From contig JARLFZ010000003.1 of NCBI GenBank assembly GCA_031296305.1, positions 20,164-84,163 of the forward strand: 64,000 nt of DNA, read 5' to 3'. Made by a program: the position numbers and the translations under genes. The notes beneath the pieces were generated by a model. It was not told where the DNA came from. It saw only the letters and a list, made by a program, of their open reading frames with translations, and did no database searches. The first letter of the stretch is position 1. Each line of letters starts with the position of its first letter. Positions 20,356-29,997 of the stretch are shown here, one piece after another. The stretch comes from Terracidiphilus sp. (GTDB taxonomy: Bacteria > Acidobacteriota > Terriglobia > Terriglobales > Acidobacteriaceae).

Positions 20356-21702
20356 TTGTACTATGGCGGGGCGGGGGAGAGCAATATGAATCTGCGAGCG
20401 AATGGGAAAGAGAAGCGTCGCGGGAGATGCGGAATGGCCGGATGGGGGCTCGGGAACAGACTGGCTTTCGGCGCGAGCCTGGCGCTGCTTGCCATGGCTG
20501 CCGCTCCGCTGACGGCGCAGATGAGCGATGCAGCGGCGAAGAAGTTGCGGGAGAAGATTCGCGCGGCGTTGTTTGTTCCCAATCCGCTGCCGGCGCTGGA
20601 CGCGAAAAACCTCGGAAGTTTCAAAGTGGAGCCGGGAGTGGTGGCGGAGCGCGTGACGTATGCGACGGAGTACGGACTGCGCGTTCCGGCGATTGTGTAC
20701 CGGCCGGAGAAGGTGCGCGGCAGGATTCCGGGAATCGTGGTGGTGAACGGTCACGGCGCCGACAAGACGAGCTGGTACTCGTGGTACACGGGCGTTGAGT
20801 ATGCGCGCGCGGGGGCCGTGGTGCTGACGTACGACATGATTGGCGAGGGCGAACGCAACGACGAGCACAAGGACGGCACCAGCGAACACGACAAGCTGAT
20901 CGACGTTCCGGGCGTGCCGCAGCGTATGGGCGGGCAGATGCTGACGGACGTGATGCAAGCGGTTTCGTATCTGAAGAGCCGGCCGGAGGTGGATGCGAAA
21001 CGCATTGCGGTGATGGGATTTTCGATGGGCTCGTTTGTGGTATCGATCGCGGGCGCAGTGGACGATCGCATTCATGCCGTGCTGCTGACGGGAGGTGGCG
21101 ATCTGGATGGGCCGGGGGGATATTGGGCGACGAGCCATAATGTGATGTGCCAGAGCGGGCCGTACAATGCGCTGGAATTTCTGGGCGACAGGGGCGCTGT
21201 GCTGTTTGCGCTACAAGCAAAGCGCGGGCCGACATTTATTTTTAACGGGACCAATGACACGGTGGTGGCGATTCCGACACACGGACCGGATTTCTTTGAC
21301 GATTTGCGCAAGCGGACGATTGCGGAACTGGGATCGGACAAGAACGTGTTCACGACCTATTTCGATCCGGGGGCGAGCCATCGGCCGGCGTGGGTGACGA
21401 AGATTGCGGCGCAGTGGCTTGCGGACAATTTGTATTTTGCCAACTGGAAGAGCGGTCAGATTGCGGCGTTGCCGACGATCAGGATTGGAGATTGGGCGGC
21501 GAAGAATGGCGTGGAGTTCAACAAAAGTGCGCAACGGGAAGACCGCGACGCCGGGCTGGTGGCGATCGATGTCAACGTGCCGAGACTGACGCCGGAGCAG
21601 TTGAGCGTGCTGCCGAGGGCGGAGTGGGAGAAGCAACGCGAAGAGTTTGTGTACTCGGTGTGGGCGCGGGACGCGATTGCGGACGCGGAGAAGAGTAAGT
21701 AG
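20356..21702 (+). CDS. Secreted alpha/beta hydrolase (acetyl-xylan esterase / dienelactone hydrolase-like); start uncertain
   Basis: NGHG oxyanion region, GFSMG nucleophile elbow, NGTND and GASH; signal-like segment ending PLTA-Q. Confidence 0.8.
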   Translation: MYYGGAGESNMNLRANGKEKRRGRCGMAGWGLGNRLAFGASLALLAMAAAPLTAQMSDAAAKKLREKIRAALFVPNPLPALDAKNLGSFKVEPGVVAERVTYATEYGLRVPAIVYRPEKVRGRIPGIVVVNGHGADKTSWYSWYTGVEYARAGAVVLTYDMIGEGERNDEHKDGTSEHDKLIDVPGVPQRMGGQMLTDVMQAVSYLKSRPEVDAKRIAVMGFSMGSFVVSIAGAVDDRIHAVLLTGGGDLDGPGGYWATSHNVMCQSGPYNALEFLGDRGAVLFALQAKRGPTFIFNGTNDTVVAIPTHGPDFFDDLRKRTIAELGSDKNVFTTYFDPGASHRPAWVTKIAAQWLADNLYFANWKSGQIAALPTIRIGDWAAKNGVEFNKSAQREDRDAGLVAIDVNVPRLTPEQLSVLPRAEWEKQREEFVYSVWARDAIADAEKSK

Positions 21703-21774
21703 AGCGGAGTTGGCGGGGTTAGCGGAGCTAGCGGGGAGTTAGATTGGCCCTGTGCTGGCCTCTGATTGGCCTGG

Positions 21775-23229
21775 CTATTTCTTGAGGTGCAGAAGGGAGT
21801 TGCGGTCGAGGGGCTCGCCATTGAGGATGATGGCGGAGATGCGGCGCGCATTCCAGATGTTGGCGGCGGGATCGGCGTCGACGACGAGGATATCGGCGCG
21901 GCGGCCGGCGGCAATGAGGCCGAGCTCGTTCCAGCCAAATTGGAGCGAATAATTGTTGGTGGCGGCGGCCAGGGCTTCGCGTGGCGAGAGGCCGAGGCGA
22001 ACCAGTAGCTCCAGCTCCGTGTGAAGCGAGATGCCGGGCATGGTGCCCATAGAGTCAGCACCGGAAGCGGCTAGATAGTGAGGAAAATCCGCGAAGATGG
22101 TTTGATTGATGCGCCAAAAACGGAGCGCAGTGAGCCCGGCTTTTTTTTGCAAATCTTCTTCCATCCAGCGTTGCGCGGCGGCGGGCAGACGGTGATCCCA
22201 TGTGGAGAGCGGGTAGATCATTTCGCCAGTGGCGGGGTCGGAAGTATGAAACATGCGGCCGGGATCGAGTAGGGCCGCGGCGGGTTCTTTCCAGAGATTG
22301 CGATGCCCGGGCAGATTGACGTAATAGAGGCTGAAGCTGGGCATAAGCGCGGCGTGGTGTGCGGCGATGAAGTGAGCGTAGTTGCGCAGGCGGAGATCGG
22401 TGGGCGAGACGTGCTCTGAATAATCGAAGGCGGTGCTGGCCGCGGAGCCGTCGGGATCGTCGGTGAGCGGGCGTTGCAGTTCGTCGGGAATTACGCCGAG
22501 GACATAGCGATCCATCTGCGGCAGGGCGTCGACGCCGGCCTCAATGCCGACGCGATACGGCGTGGCCACAAAGATGCCGTAGGTGACAAGGCCCATCTCG
22601 TGGGCGCGGCCGATAATCCATTGGGAATTGGCGGCGGTGAGATGGGGCGACAGCAGCAGCACGCGCGTGCCTAGGTGCGCGGTGTCGACCATTTGCCGCG
22701 CCGTATCCTGCGGGCTCAACTCGGCGGGATGCAATCCTTCGCGCAGCTTGGAGACCCACTCGGGCTGGCGCGCCAGCAGGCTCCAGTCGTCCGTCACGCC
22801 AATCGTATCGATGGCGTAGACGTGCGGAGAGGGCTCGGCGCCGAAATCGATAAATCCGCGTTGATAGTCGGCGCGGGCGACCACGGTGGTGACGCCCATA
22901 TAGAGGTTGGCGTTGGCCTGGGCTTGCGAGTTCAGGCCGGCGAAGCCGTCGATGAGACCGGGAATGAGAAATTTTCCCGTGCAGTCGATGATGCGCGCGC
23001 CTTTGGGGACGGGCACTTCGCCGGGGAGGCCGACGGCGGTGACTTTGCCTTCGCGGATGACGACGATGGCATCGGGAATGTCGTGGGCGGAGTGGCCCCA
23101 ATTGGCGACATCGACGACCGTGCCGCCGGCAAGAACCAAGGGCGCCGTGGGCTCAACCTGTGGGTGGGCCGAAACGGACGCTAAAGCCAATCCGCAGATG
23201 AGCGCGGCAAAAGAACAATAACTTCGCAT
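21775..23229 (-). CDS. Amidohydrolase-fold secreted protein with degenerate metal ligands
   Basis: IIDCTGKFLIPGLID, GVTTV and GLIAAGRRADILVVDADP present; canonical HxH replaced by GFAG. Confidence 0.8.
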   Translation of the reverse strand: MRSYCSFAALICGLALASVSAHPQVEPTAPLVLAGGTVVDVANWGHSAHDIPDAIVVIREGKVTAVGLPGEVPVPKGARIIDCTGKFLIPGLIDGFAGLNSQAQANANLYMGVTTVVARADYQRGFIDFGAEPSPHVYAIDTIGVTDDWSLLARQPEWVSKLREGLHPAELSPQDTARQMVDTAHLGTRVLLLSPHLTAANSQWIIGRAHEMGLVTYGIFVATPYRVGIEAGVDALPQMDRYVLGVIPDELQRPLTDDPDGSAASTAFDYSEHVSPTDLRLRNYAHFIAAHHAALMPSFSLYYVNLPGHRNLWKEPAAALLDPGRMFHTSDPATGEMIYPLSTWDHRLPAAAQRWMEEDLQKKAGLTALRFWRINQTIFADFPHYLAASGADSMGTMPGISLHTELELLVRLGLSPREALAAATNNYSLQFGWNELGLIAAGRRADILVVDADPAANIWNARRISAIILNGEPLDRNSLLHLKK

Positions 23230-23310
23230 TACAAGATCAGCCTGATGTGGATTGTCGCACAGGGGGCTGGGGCTGCGAGGCTAGCGGAGTTGGCGGGGGT
23301 TAGCAATCCC

Positions 23311-23362
23311 TCCCACCCTAAAGCTCGCCGCGTTGCGCCGAGCCTTAGGATGGGGCAACCCG
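23311..23362. repeat. REP-like hairpin (family A) overlapping the glycosyltransferase stop codon
   Basis: TCCCACCCTAAAGCTCG...CGAGCCTTAGGATGGGGCAACCCG. Confidence 0.7.
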
Positions 23363-24769
23363 CATCCGTTTGGAACCGCTGAGGACTGCGGCGGCGGCGA
23401 CGATGAAGATGGGAAAACACTCGAGCGAGTAACGCGGCTCGGAATTTTCCATGGTGCCAAGCAGCAAACAGCGCAGGAGGATATAACCGCCCAGCATCCA
23501 CGGCCAAGGCACGCGACGGCGGAGAAAGGCCCATGCCGCGGCGGCCACGTAAAAGAGATTGATGAGGCCGAACAGAATTGCCCAGACGGTTTGCGCGGGG
23601 TGGTCGCTGGGGGGCCACCAGAAGACTTCGAGATTGAACTCCTCGGTGCGGGGGCGAAACATCATGTCGGCGATGCGGGCGAGCGGAAGCGCTACATAGT
23701 AACGGAAGGGATGGGCGTGGATGCGCTCGGCGGCGAGGGCGCCGAAACGGTGATCGAGATCGGCGGAGACAGAGATGGTGTGGTTGTACTCGTCGAGTAG
23801 GGCGAGGGTTTGCGCGCGCTGGTCGGGCGAATCAAAGGCGCGCGCGGGCAAATCGTCGGGATCGATGGGACCGACGCCAACCTGCCAGAAAACCACCGCG
23901 GTGGATGTGTACTCGACAGACCAGGTGCGGATCCAGCGATAGACGCCGACGTTGGCGCGATCGCCGGGATCGCCGAGATAGCGCGGAGCCAGCGGCTGAA
24001 AGACCTTGAAGGTAATCCAATTGCGCAGCGTCCACACGGCGAGCGGGGCCAGGGCGACGGCGCAGTAGATGGACGTGGTGGTGAGGCTGCGGCGCAGTGC
24101 GAGACGAAAATTTGGTTCGGCGCGACCGCGGAGGATGTAGAAAAACAATCCTGCGGCGAGCGCAACAGAAAGCAGCGCGCCGTCGGGCCGCAACAGCATG
24201 GCGAGGGCTGAAGCGCATCCGGCGAGAATTACGGCGCGCGTGTCAACGAAATGGAGGCCGGCCGCTTCTGCTGAGAGGATGCGGCCTGCGGCGTAAATTC
24301 CAAGCGACACGGCAAAGATGGAGAGGCACTCGGTCATGGCAGTGCCGGCTTCAGCAGCTGTGAAGGGACAAAGCACGGCGAGAGCGAGGGCGATTTCACC
24401 GGCTCGCGGCGAGATGAAGCGGTAGCCGAAGGCGGCCAGGAGAAGGCATCCGACGATGTCGATGACGGACTGGAAAAGATAGAGAGCGACGAGCCATCCG
24501 CTGTGGGGAAGGCTGCCGAATAGCTGATTAAAGACGGCGAGAAGGATGGGATAGGCGGGCAGGCGGAAGAGGCTGGGGGCGAGATCGTCGCCGGAGCCGA
24601 GGCCGTAGACCCAGTGGTGCAGCAGATTGCGGCCGAGCTCGAGATAGTCCCAGGTATCGTCGTCAATGGTGCGGGGAGACCAGATGAAGTAGAGGCGGAG
24701 GATGAACCCGAGCGCGATCCAGAGCGGCCAGCGGCGCGGCCAGCGGGAAGGACTTAGCGACGGGAACAT
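23345..24769 (-). CDS. GT-C fold (GT39/PMT/ArnT-like) membrane glycosyltransferase, paralogue of 2092..3666
   Basis: Motifs FRLPAYP, MTECLS, LLRPDG, WTLRNW, LPARAFDS and EPRYSLE; start moved to ATG 24769. Confidence 0.8.
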   Translation of the reverse strand: MFPSLSPSRWPRRWPLWIALGFILRLYFIWSPRTIDDDTWDYLELGRNLLHHWVYGLGSGDDLAPSLFRLPAYPILLAVFNQLFGSLPHSGWLVALYLFQSVIDIVGCLLLAAFGYRFISPRAGEIALALAVLCPFTAAEAGTAMTECLSIFAVSLGIYAAGRILSAEAAGLHFVDTRAVILAGCASALAMLLRPDGALLSVALAAGLFFYILRGRAEPNFRLALRRSLTTTSIYCAVALAPLAVWTLRNWITFKVFQPLAPRYLGDPGDRANVGVYRWIRTWSVEYTSTAVVFWQVGVGPIDPDDLPARAFDSPDQRAQTLALLDEYNHTISVSADLDHRFGALAAERIHAHPFRYYVALPLARIADMMFRPRTEEFNLEVFWWPPSDHPAQTVWAILFGLINLFYVAAAAWAFLRRRVPWPWMLGGYILLRCLLLGTMENSEPRYSLECFPIFIVAAAAVLSGSKRMRVAPS

Positions 24770-24842
24770 AGATAGAAGGATACAGCGAGCCCGCGGAGAT
24801 AGTGGTGTTGATGACGACAGTGGGAAGGTTGGGTTCTTGCGA

Positions 24843-24877
24843 TCCCCGGTCCCCAAATGCGAGGGACCGGGGGCACC
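24843..24877. repeat. REP-like hairpin (family A variant)
   Basis: TCCCCGGTCCC-CAAATGCGA-GGGACCGGGGGCACC. Confidence 0.7.
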
Positions 24878-24906
24878 TCGATGGGTATAGACGATGTGGC
24901 GCCGCT

Positions 24907-26793
24907 CTAGCTGGCCACGAGAGTGGCGCGGCGGCGGCCGGCTAGTAGCGGAAGCACCTGGGTGTAGGCGGCTTCTACGGAGAGGCCGTACTTCGCGCGG
25001 AGCGCATCGACTTTGCCGTGTTCGATGAACTGGTCCGGCCAGCCGATGCGGACGACGGGAACGGCGAGGCCGAGTTCATCAAGGGCTTCAACTACCGCGG
25101 TGCCGAAGCCGCCCATTTTTACGTGATCCTCAAAGGTGACGAAAGCGGCTACGCGCTTGGCGTAACGCTCGATCACTTCGCGGTCAATTGGTTTAATAAA
25201 GCGGGGGTTGATGACGGCGGCGGAGTAGCTGTCGCGCGCGAGAGTGGCGGCGAGGCCTTGGGCCAGCGAAATCGTGGGACCGAGGCCGAAGATGGCAACG
25301 TCAGAGCCGTCGGTGAGGACTTCAGCCTTGCCTATGGGAAGGATTTGCGGCTCGGGCTTGCGGACCACGCCGGCCACGGCGCCGCGCGGATAGCGAATGG
25401 CGCTGGGACCTGGAATTTCCATTGCGGTCTTAAGCATGTCGGCGAGCTCGTCTTCATCTTTCGGCGACATAAGCACGATGCCGGGAATGCCGCGCAAGTA
25501 GGCGATATCGAAGAGGCCGTGATGCGTAGGGCCATCGTCGCCAGAGAGTCCGGCGCGATCCATGCAAAAGAGGACGGGAAGATTCTGCAGGCAGACGTCG
25601 TGAACGATGGGATCGAAGGCGCGTTGTAGAAACGTGGAATAAATCGCGCACACCGGTCGGTAGCCGCGCGTGGCCATGCCGGCGGCGAATACGACGGCGT
25701 GCTCCTCGGCGATGCCCACGTCGAAGTAGCGCTTGGGATGGCGAGGGCGGAAGAGATCGAGGCCGGTGCCGTTGGGCATGGCCGCAGTGATGGCGACGAT
25801 GCGGTCGTCCTTTTCGGCGAGGTCGGCGAGGGTGTTGGCGAAGACTTCGGCGTAGGTGGCGGAGCCGTCGGGAGTCTGGCCGGTTTCAGGATCGTAGGGG
25901 CCGAGGCCGTGGAATTTCTTTTGCCCTTCGAGCGCGGGTTGAAAGCCACGGCCCTTCTGCGTGAGGATGTGCAGCAGGACGGGGTGGTCGAGGGTTCGGA
26001 GGAATTTGAATGTCTCGACGAGCAGCGGAATGTTGTGTCCGTCGATGGGGCCGAAGTACTCCAAGCCAAATTCTTCAAACATCATGGAGGCCCAGAGAAA
26101 ACCCTTGGCGGCCTCTTCAGCGCGGCGCACGACTTTGGCGGCGGTCTTGCCGCCGATGCGCTCGATGAGCTGCGTGGCCTTGTCGTGAAGGTGTTTATAG
26201 CGCTCGTTGGTGACGATGCGATGGAGGTAACGGGCCACGGCGCCCACATTGCGGTCGATGGACCACTCATTGTCATTGAGGACCACGATCATACGCTTGG
26301 TTTGCGAGGCGATGTTGTTCATCGCTTCGAAGGTGATGCCGTTGGTGAAGGCGGCGTCGCCGGCGACGGCGATGACGTTTTCGTGCCCCCCGGCCAGGTC
26401 GCGGGCTACGGCCATGCCGAGTGCGGCAGAAAGCGCAGTACCGGCGTGGCCGGCTCCGTAGCTGTCGTGCTCGCTTTCGGTGCGGAGCATGAAGCCATTC
26501 AGGCCGCCGGGCTGGCGGATGGTGTCAAAACGGTCGCGGCGGCCGGTGAGGATTTTGTGGACATAGGCCTGATGGCTGACGTCGAAGAGGATCTTGTCGT
26601 CGGGCGTGTTGAAGACTGCATGCAGAGCTAGCGTGAGCTCGACCACGCCGAGATTGGGGCCGAGATGGCCGCCGGTCTTGGACAAGGTCTGAATGAGGAA
26701 GTCGCGGATTTCCTGGGCAAGCTCGGTGAGCTGCGCGGGATTGAGGCGCTTTACGTCAGCGGGAGAGTTGATGGAGTCCAGCAGTGTTCCCAT
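24907..26793 (-). CDS. dxs: 1-deoxy-D-xylulose-5-phosphate synthase
   Basis: Motifs GGHLGPNLGVVEL, GDAA...LNDN, DVGIAEEHAV, YSTFLQRAFD and DGPTHHG. Confidence 0.98.
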   Translation of the reverse strand: MGTLLDSINSPADVKRLNPAQLTELAQEIRDFLIQTLSKTGGHLGPNLGVVELTLALHAVFNTPDDKILFDVSHQAYVHKILTGRRDRFDTIRQPGGLNGFMLRTESEHDSYGAGHAGTALSAALGMAVARDLAGGHENVIAVAGDAAFTNGITFEAMNNIASQTKRMIVVLNDNEWSIDRNVGAVARYLHRIVTNERYKHLHDKATQLIERIGGKTAAKVVRRAEEAAKGFLWASMMFEEFGLEYFGPIDGHNIPLLVETFKFLRTLDHPVLLHILTQKGRGFQPALEGQKKFHGLGPYDPETGQTPDGSATYAEVFANTLADLAEKDDRIVAITAAMPNGTGLDLFRPRHPKRYFDVGIAEEHAVVFAAGMATRGYRPVCAIYSTFLQRAFDPIVHDVCLQNLPVLFCMDRAGLSGDDGPTHHGLFDIAYLRGIPGIVLMSPKDEDELADMLKTAMEIPGPSAIRYPRGAVAGVVRKPEPQILPIGKAEVLTDGSDVAIFGLGPTISLAQGLAATLARDSYSAAVINPRFIKPIDREVIERYAKRVAAFVTFEDHVKMGGFGTAVVEALDELGLAVPVVRIGWPDQFIEHGKVDALRAKYGLSVEAAYTQVLPLLAGRRRATLVAS

Positions 26794-27128
26794 TCACGTC
26801 CTTTTCCCGGGAAAGGCCGGGCTTCGAAGCGAAAAAGCCCCCTGCACGGGGGTCTTTGTATGAGGCTTCGCCTCCTCTTAGTATACCTGTGCAAAGGGTA
26901 CAGCCTTTGCAGTGTTAGACGCCTTGGATGGGGCGGAGTTTGACAGAATTCCGGGCACGAGCGGGGCGGAAAATGCGGCGGCTGGAGAGGCTAGTATGAT
27001 CTTAAGTAAATCATTGAAAGAGAAATACTTAGTTTGCAATTGAAGCCATTATGGAAGAGGGCTTCACGAGACCGGAAGCCCCGCGGTTGCTCTATACTTG
27101 AACCCCGACGAAAACGGGAGGTTGCGCG

Positions 27129-28367
27129 ATGCGGAAATGGGCGGTGCTTCTGCTTTTGGCGGTCTCGGCCTGGCCGGCGATGGCGGCCAAGGGCGTGACG
27201 GTGGGGCAGGTGGAGGATTTGCTGGACAAGCTCCACGGGAAGTCTGATGGCAAGGTGGCAGAAGAGCTCTCAGACCTGGAGTTGACGGAGCGGGTGAGCC
27301 CGGTCCGGCTGGCGCACTGGGAGAAGAATTTCCCGGGGAGCCGAAGCCACGAGGCGCTGATCAAACTGGCCGATCTCGCGGCATTTTTGAACCCTCCCGC
27401 TGAGGACGTGGTGCCGATTCCCGGGCCGGACAACGCGACCCAGGAGCGAATGCTGGCGATGGCCGCGCAGTACGTGAAAACCACGATCACGCGGCTGCCG
27501 AATTTTATTGCGACGCGGGAAACTACGCACTTTGAAGACGCCCCCTCCATGCAGATGGGGGTTGGCGTTGCACCGGTTATGAGCGGAAGGATTGGGCGCT
27601 CCACGGCCACCCTGGGACCCTCGATGAATAGTACCGAATACAAGTCTCTGCACAGTTCAAGCACTTCCAGCACCACGGTCACGTACCGTGATGGCTATGA
27701 GGTGCACGGCACGGATACCGAGCCGGGCAAGTACCCAAACAAGCCAGCGACGGGGTTGACGACCATGGGCGAATTTGGCCCCATTCTTTCCGTGGTGGTG
27801 GGCGACGTCCTGCGCAGTGAAGCGACATGGCAACGATGGGAACAAAGACCGAGCGAGGGCGGGAGCGAGCCGGCGGCCGTGTTTCGATATACCGTACCCG
27901 CGGAGCAATCGAATTACATGGTGGGGATTCCGTCCGGAGGCACGGTCAAAGATGTCTATCCCAGCTACCACGGAGAGATCGCGATCGATCCGGCGACAGG
28001 CGCTATTCTGCGCATCAGCGTGGTTTCGGAGCTGCCACCGCCCTGGCAGGCGATACAGACGGCAGTTCTGGTGGAGTATGCGCCGGTCATGATTGGCGAA
28101 CAGAACTACATTTGCCCGGTGCGCGGCATAGCGTTCTATAAGGCGCCGGTGGCGAATGCGGCCGCGGCGCAACAGCGGTCGGCGGTCGACATGCAGACGC
28201 AGATCAACGACGTTGCCTTTACGCAGTATCACTTGTTTCGCTCGAAAGCGCGCATCGTGACAGGGGAAGGCGGACAGGGAGATGCGCCGGCAGGATCTCC
28301 GGCGGCAACGCCTGCGCTGGCCCCTGCAGCGCCCACGGGAGCGACGCCTGAGGGACATCAGCCGTAG
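27129..28367 (+). CDS. Secreted hypothetical protein (Acidobacteria-type LTERxS family)
   Basis: Signal peptide; motifs LELTERVS, LPNFIATRETT, GEFGPIL and YHGEIAIDPATGAILR; SD GGGAGG upstream. Confidence 0.8.
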   Translation: MRKWAVLLLLAVSAWPAMAAKGVTVGQVEDLLDKLHGKSDGKVAEELSDLELTERVSPVRLAHWEKNFPGSRSHEALIKLADLAAFLNPPAEDVVPIPGPDNATQERMLAMAAQYVKTTITRLPNFIATRETTHFEDAPSMQMGVGVAPVMSGRIGRSTATLGPSMNSTEYKSLHSSSTSSTTVTYRDGYEVHGTDTEPGKYPNKPATGLTTMGEFGPILSVVVGDVLRSEATWQRWEQRPSEGGSEPAAVFRYTVPAEQSNYMVGIPSGGTVKDVYPSYHGEIAIDPATGAILRISVVSELPPPWQAIQTAVLVEYAPVMIGEQNYICPVRGIAFYKAPVANAAAAQQRSAVDMQTQINDVAFTQYHLFRSKARIVTGEGGQGDAPAGSPAATPALAPAAPTGATPEGHQP

Positions 28368-28394
28368 TTGCACGGGAAGATTCGATTGCGGGCG

Positions 28395-29984
28395 TCAATG
28401 AAGCGGAGCGCCAGGGCGTGGAGCGGCGCCGTGGAGCAGCGCGACCAGCAGAATGGCTCCCAGAGCCACCAGAACCAGATCCTGAAAGACGTCGGTGAAG
28501 GCCATCAAAGCGGCCTGCTGCTGAAGGATACGATAGACGGCGGCCAGAGCCTGGGGCGCGCCGTTGCCGAAAGAGGCGCACTCCATGGAGAGGAATCTGC
28601 GGATGCCGTGCAGATCCTGGAGCAGGAGGAGATTATTTGGGGTGAGGTCCTGGCCGAGCATGGTTTGATGCATCTGGCTGCGGCGCGCCAGCAAGGTGCT
28701 GACCCAGGCGATGCCCACACTGCCGCCCACATTGCGCATCAGGCTCAGGGCGCCGGTGGCGGAGCCGATCTGATCGCGGCGCAAAGGCGCGGTTCCGAGG
28801 ATATTGACGGGAACGAAGAGGAAGCCCATCGCCGACCCGGCGAGAATCTGCGGCCAGAAGACCGTCCATGCGTTGATGGAGAGGTTGATTTGCGAGAGGC
28901 GGAATGAGGCCGCGGCGAGAACCAGGAAGCCGAATATTGCGATCAGACGCCCATCGATCTTGCGCACCAGGATGCCGACCAGAACCATGGAAATGACGGC
29001 GCCCAGGCCAAGCGGCGCGGTGGCGATGCCCGATGCCAGAGAGGAATAGCCGAGGAGCAGTTGCAGAAACTGCGGCGTGAGCAGGCCAATACTGTAAATG
29101 AGCACACAGGTGAGGAAGATGAGAACGGTGGCGATGGAGAAATTGCGTATCGCAAACAGGCGCAGGTCGACCATGGGCTTCTCGACGCGCAATTCGCGCC
29201 AGACAAAGACCACAAAACCGGAGACGGCGAGAACGGCCATGATGCGGATAAACTGCGAGCCGAACCAGTCGTCTTCCTGGCCTTTATCGAGGAAGATTTC
29301 CTGGCAGCCGAGCCAGAGCGAGAGCGCGACGAGGCCGAAGGTGTCGAGCGGGCCGGGTTTGGAGTGGCGCACCCAGGGTGGATCTTCGACCGTCTGCTGA
29401 ATGGCCCACATGGCGAGGAGGCCGAAGGGAATGTTGATGTAGAAGATCCAGCGCCAGGAGTAGCTATCGGTGAGCCAGCCGCCCAGGACGGGTCCGACGA
29501 CAGGCGCTACCACAACGCCGAGCCCGAAGAGGGCCTGCGCGATGCCTTGCTTGCGCGGAGGAAAGCTTTCCATGAGGATGGCCTGCGAGATGGGGGCCAA
29601 TGCGCCGCCGCCAATGCCCTGAATAATGCGCATCACCAGCAGCATGGGCAGATTGACGGAGAGTCCGCAAAACAACGACGACACCGTGAAGAGAAAGATG
29701 CAGAAGAGCAGGAAGCGTTTGCGCTGGAAGCGATTGCCGAGCCACGCGGTGAGGGGAAGCACGACCGCGTTGGAAATGAGGTAGGAGGTAAGCACCCAGG
29801 TGGCTTGCGAGTAAGAGGCCGACATGCTGCCGGCGATGTGGTTCAGGGCGACGTTGGCGATGGTGGTGTCGAGCACCTCCATGAAGGTGGGCATGATGAC
29901 CGAAACCGCGATGAGCCAGGGATTGACAGAGGGCCGCCAGGCTTCCTGATCCGCGTTGTTATAGGCGAAGCTTTCTGACGCCAT
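28395..29984 (-). CDS. DHA2 (EmrB/QacA) MFS efflux permease
   Basis: Motifs FMEVLDTTIANVAL, WVLTSYL, GPVLGGWLTD, WRWIFYINIP and LDKGQEDDWF. Confidence 0.93.
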   Translation of the reverse strand: MASESFAYNNADQEAWRPSVNPWLIAVSVIMPTFMEVLDTTIANVALNHIAGSMSASYSQATWVLTSYLISNAVVLPLTAWLGNRFQRKRFLLFCIFLFTVSSLFCGLSVNLPMLLVMRIIQGIGGGALAPISQAILMESFPPRKQGIAQALFGLGVVVAPVVGPVLGGWLTDSYSWRWIFYINIPFGLLAMWAIQQTVEDPPWVRHSKPGPLDTFGLVALSLWLGCQEIFLDKGQEDDWFGSQFIRIMAVLAVSGFVVFVWRELRVEKPMVDLRLFAIRNFSIATVLIFLTCVLIYSIGLLTPQFLQLLLGYSSLASGIATAPLGLGAVISMVLVGILVRKIDGRLIAIFGFLVLAAASFRLSQINLSINAWTVFWPQILAGSAMGFLFVPVNILGTAPLRRDQIGSATGALSLMRNVGGSVGIAWVSTLLARRSQMHQTMLGQDLTPNNLLLLQDLHGIRRFLSMECASFGNGAPQALAAVYRILQQQAALMAFTDVFQDLVLVALGAILLVALLHGAAPRPGAPLH

Positions 29985-29997
29985 GACGCCGCACCTA

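Noticed and set aside
27003-27032. AT-rich inverted motif TAAGTA...TACTTA as a recombination (dif/att-like) site
   Set aside because: Single copy, no integrase nearby and no clear dif consensus.
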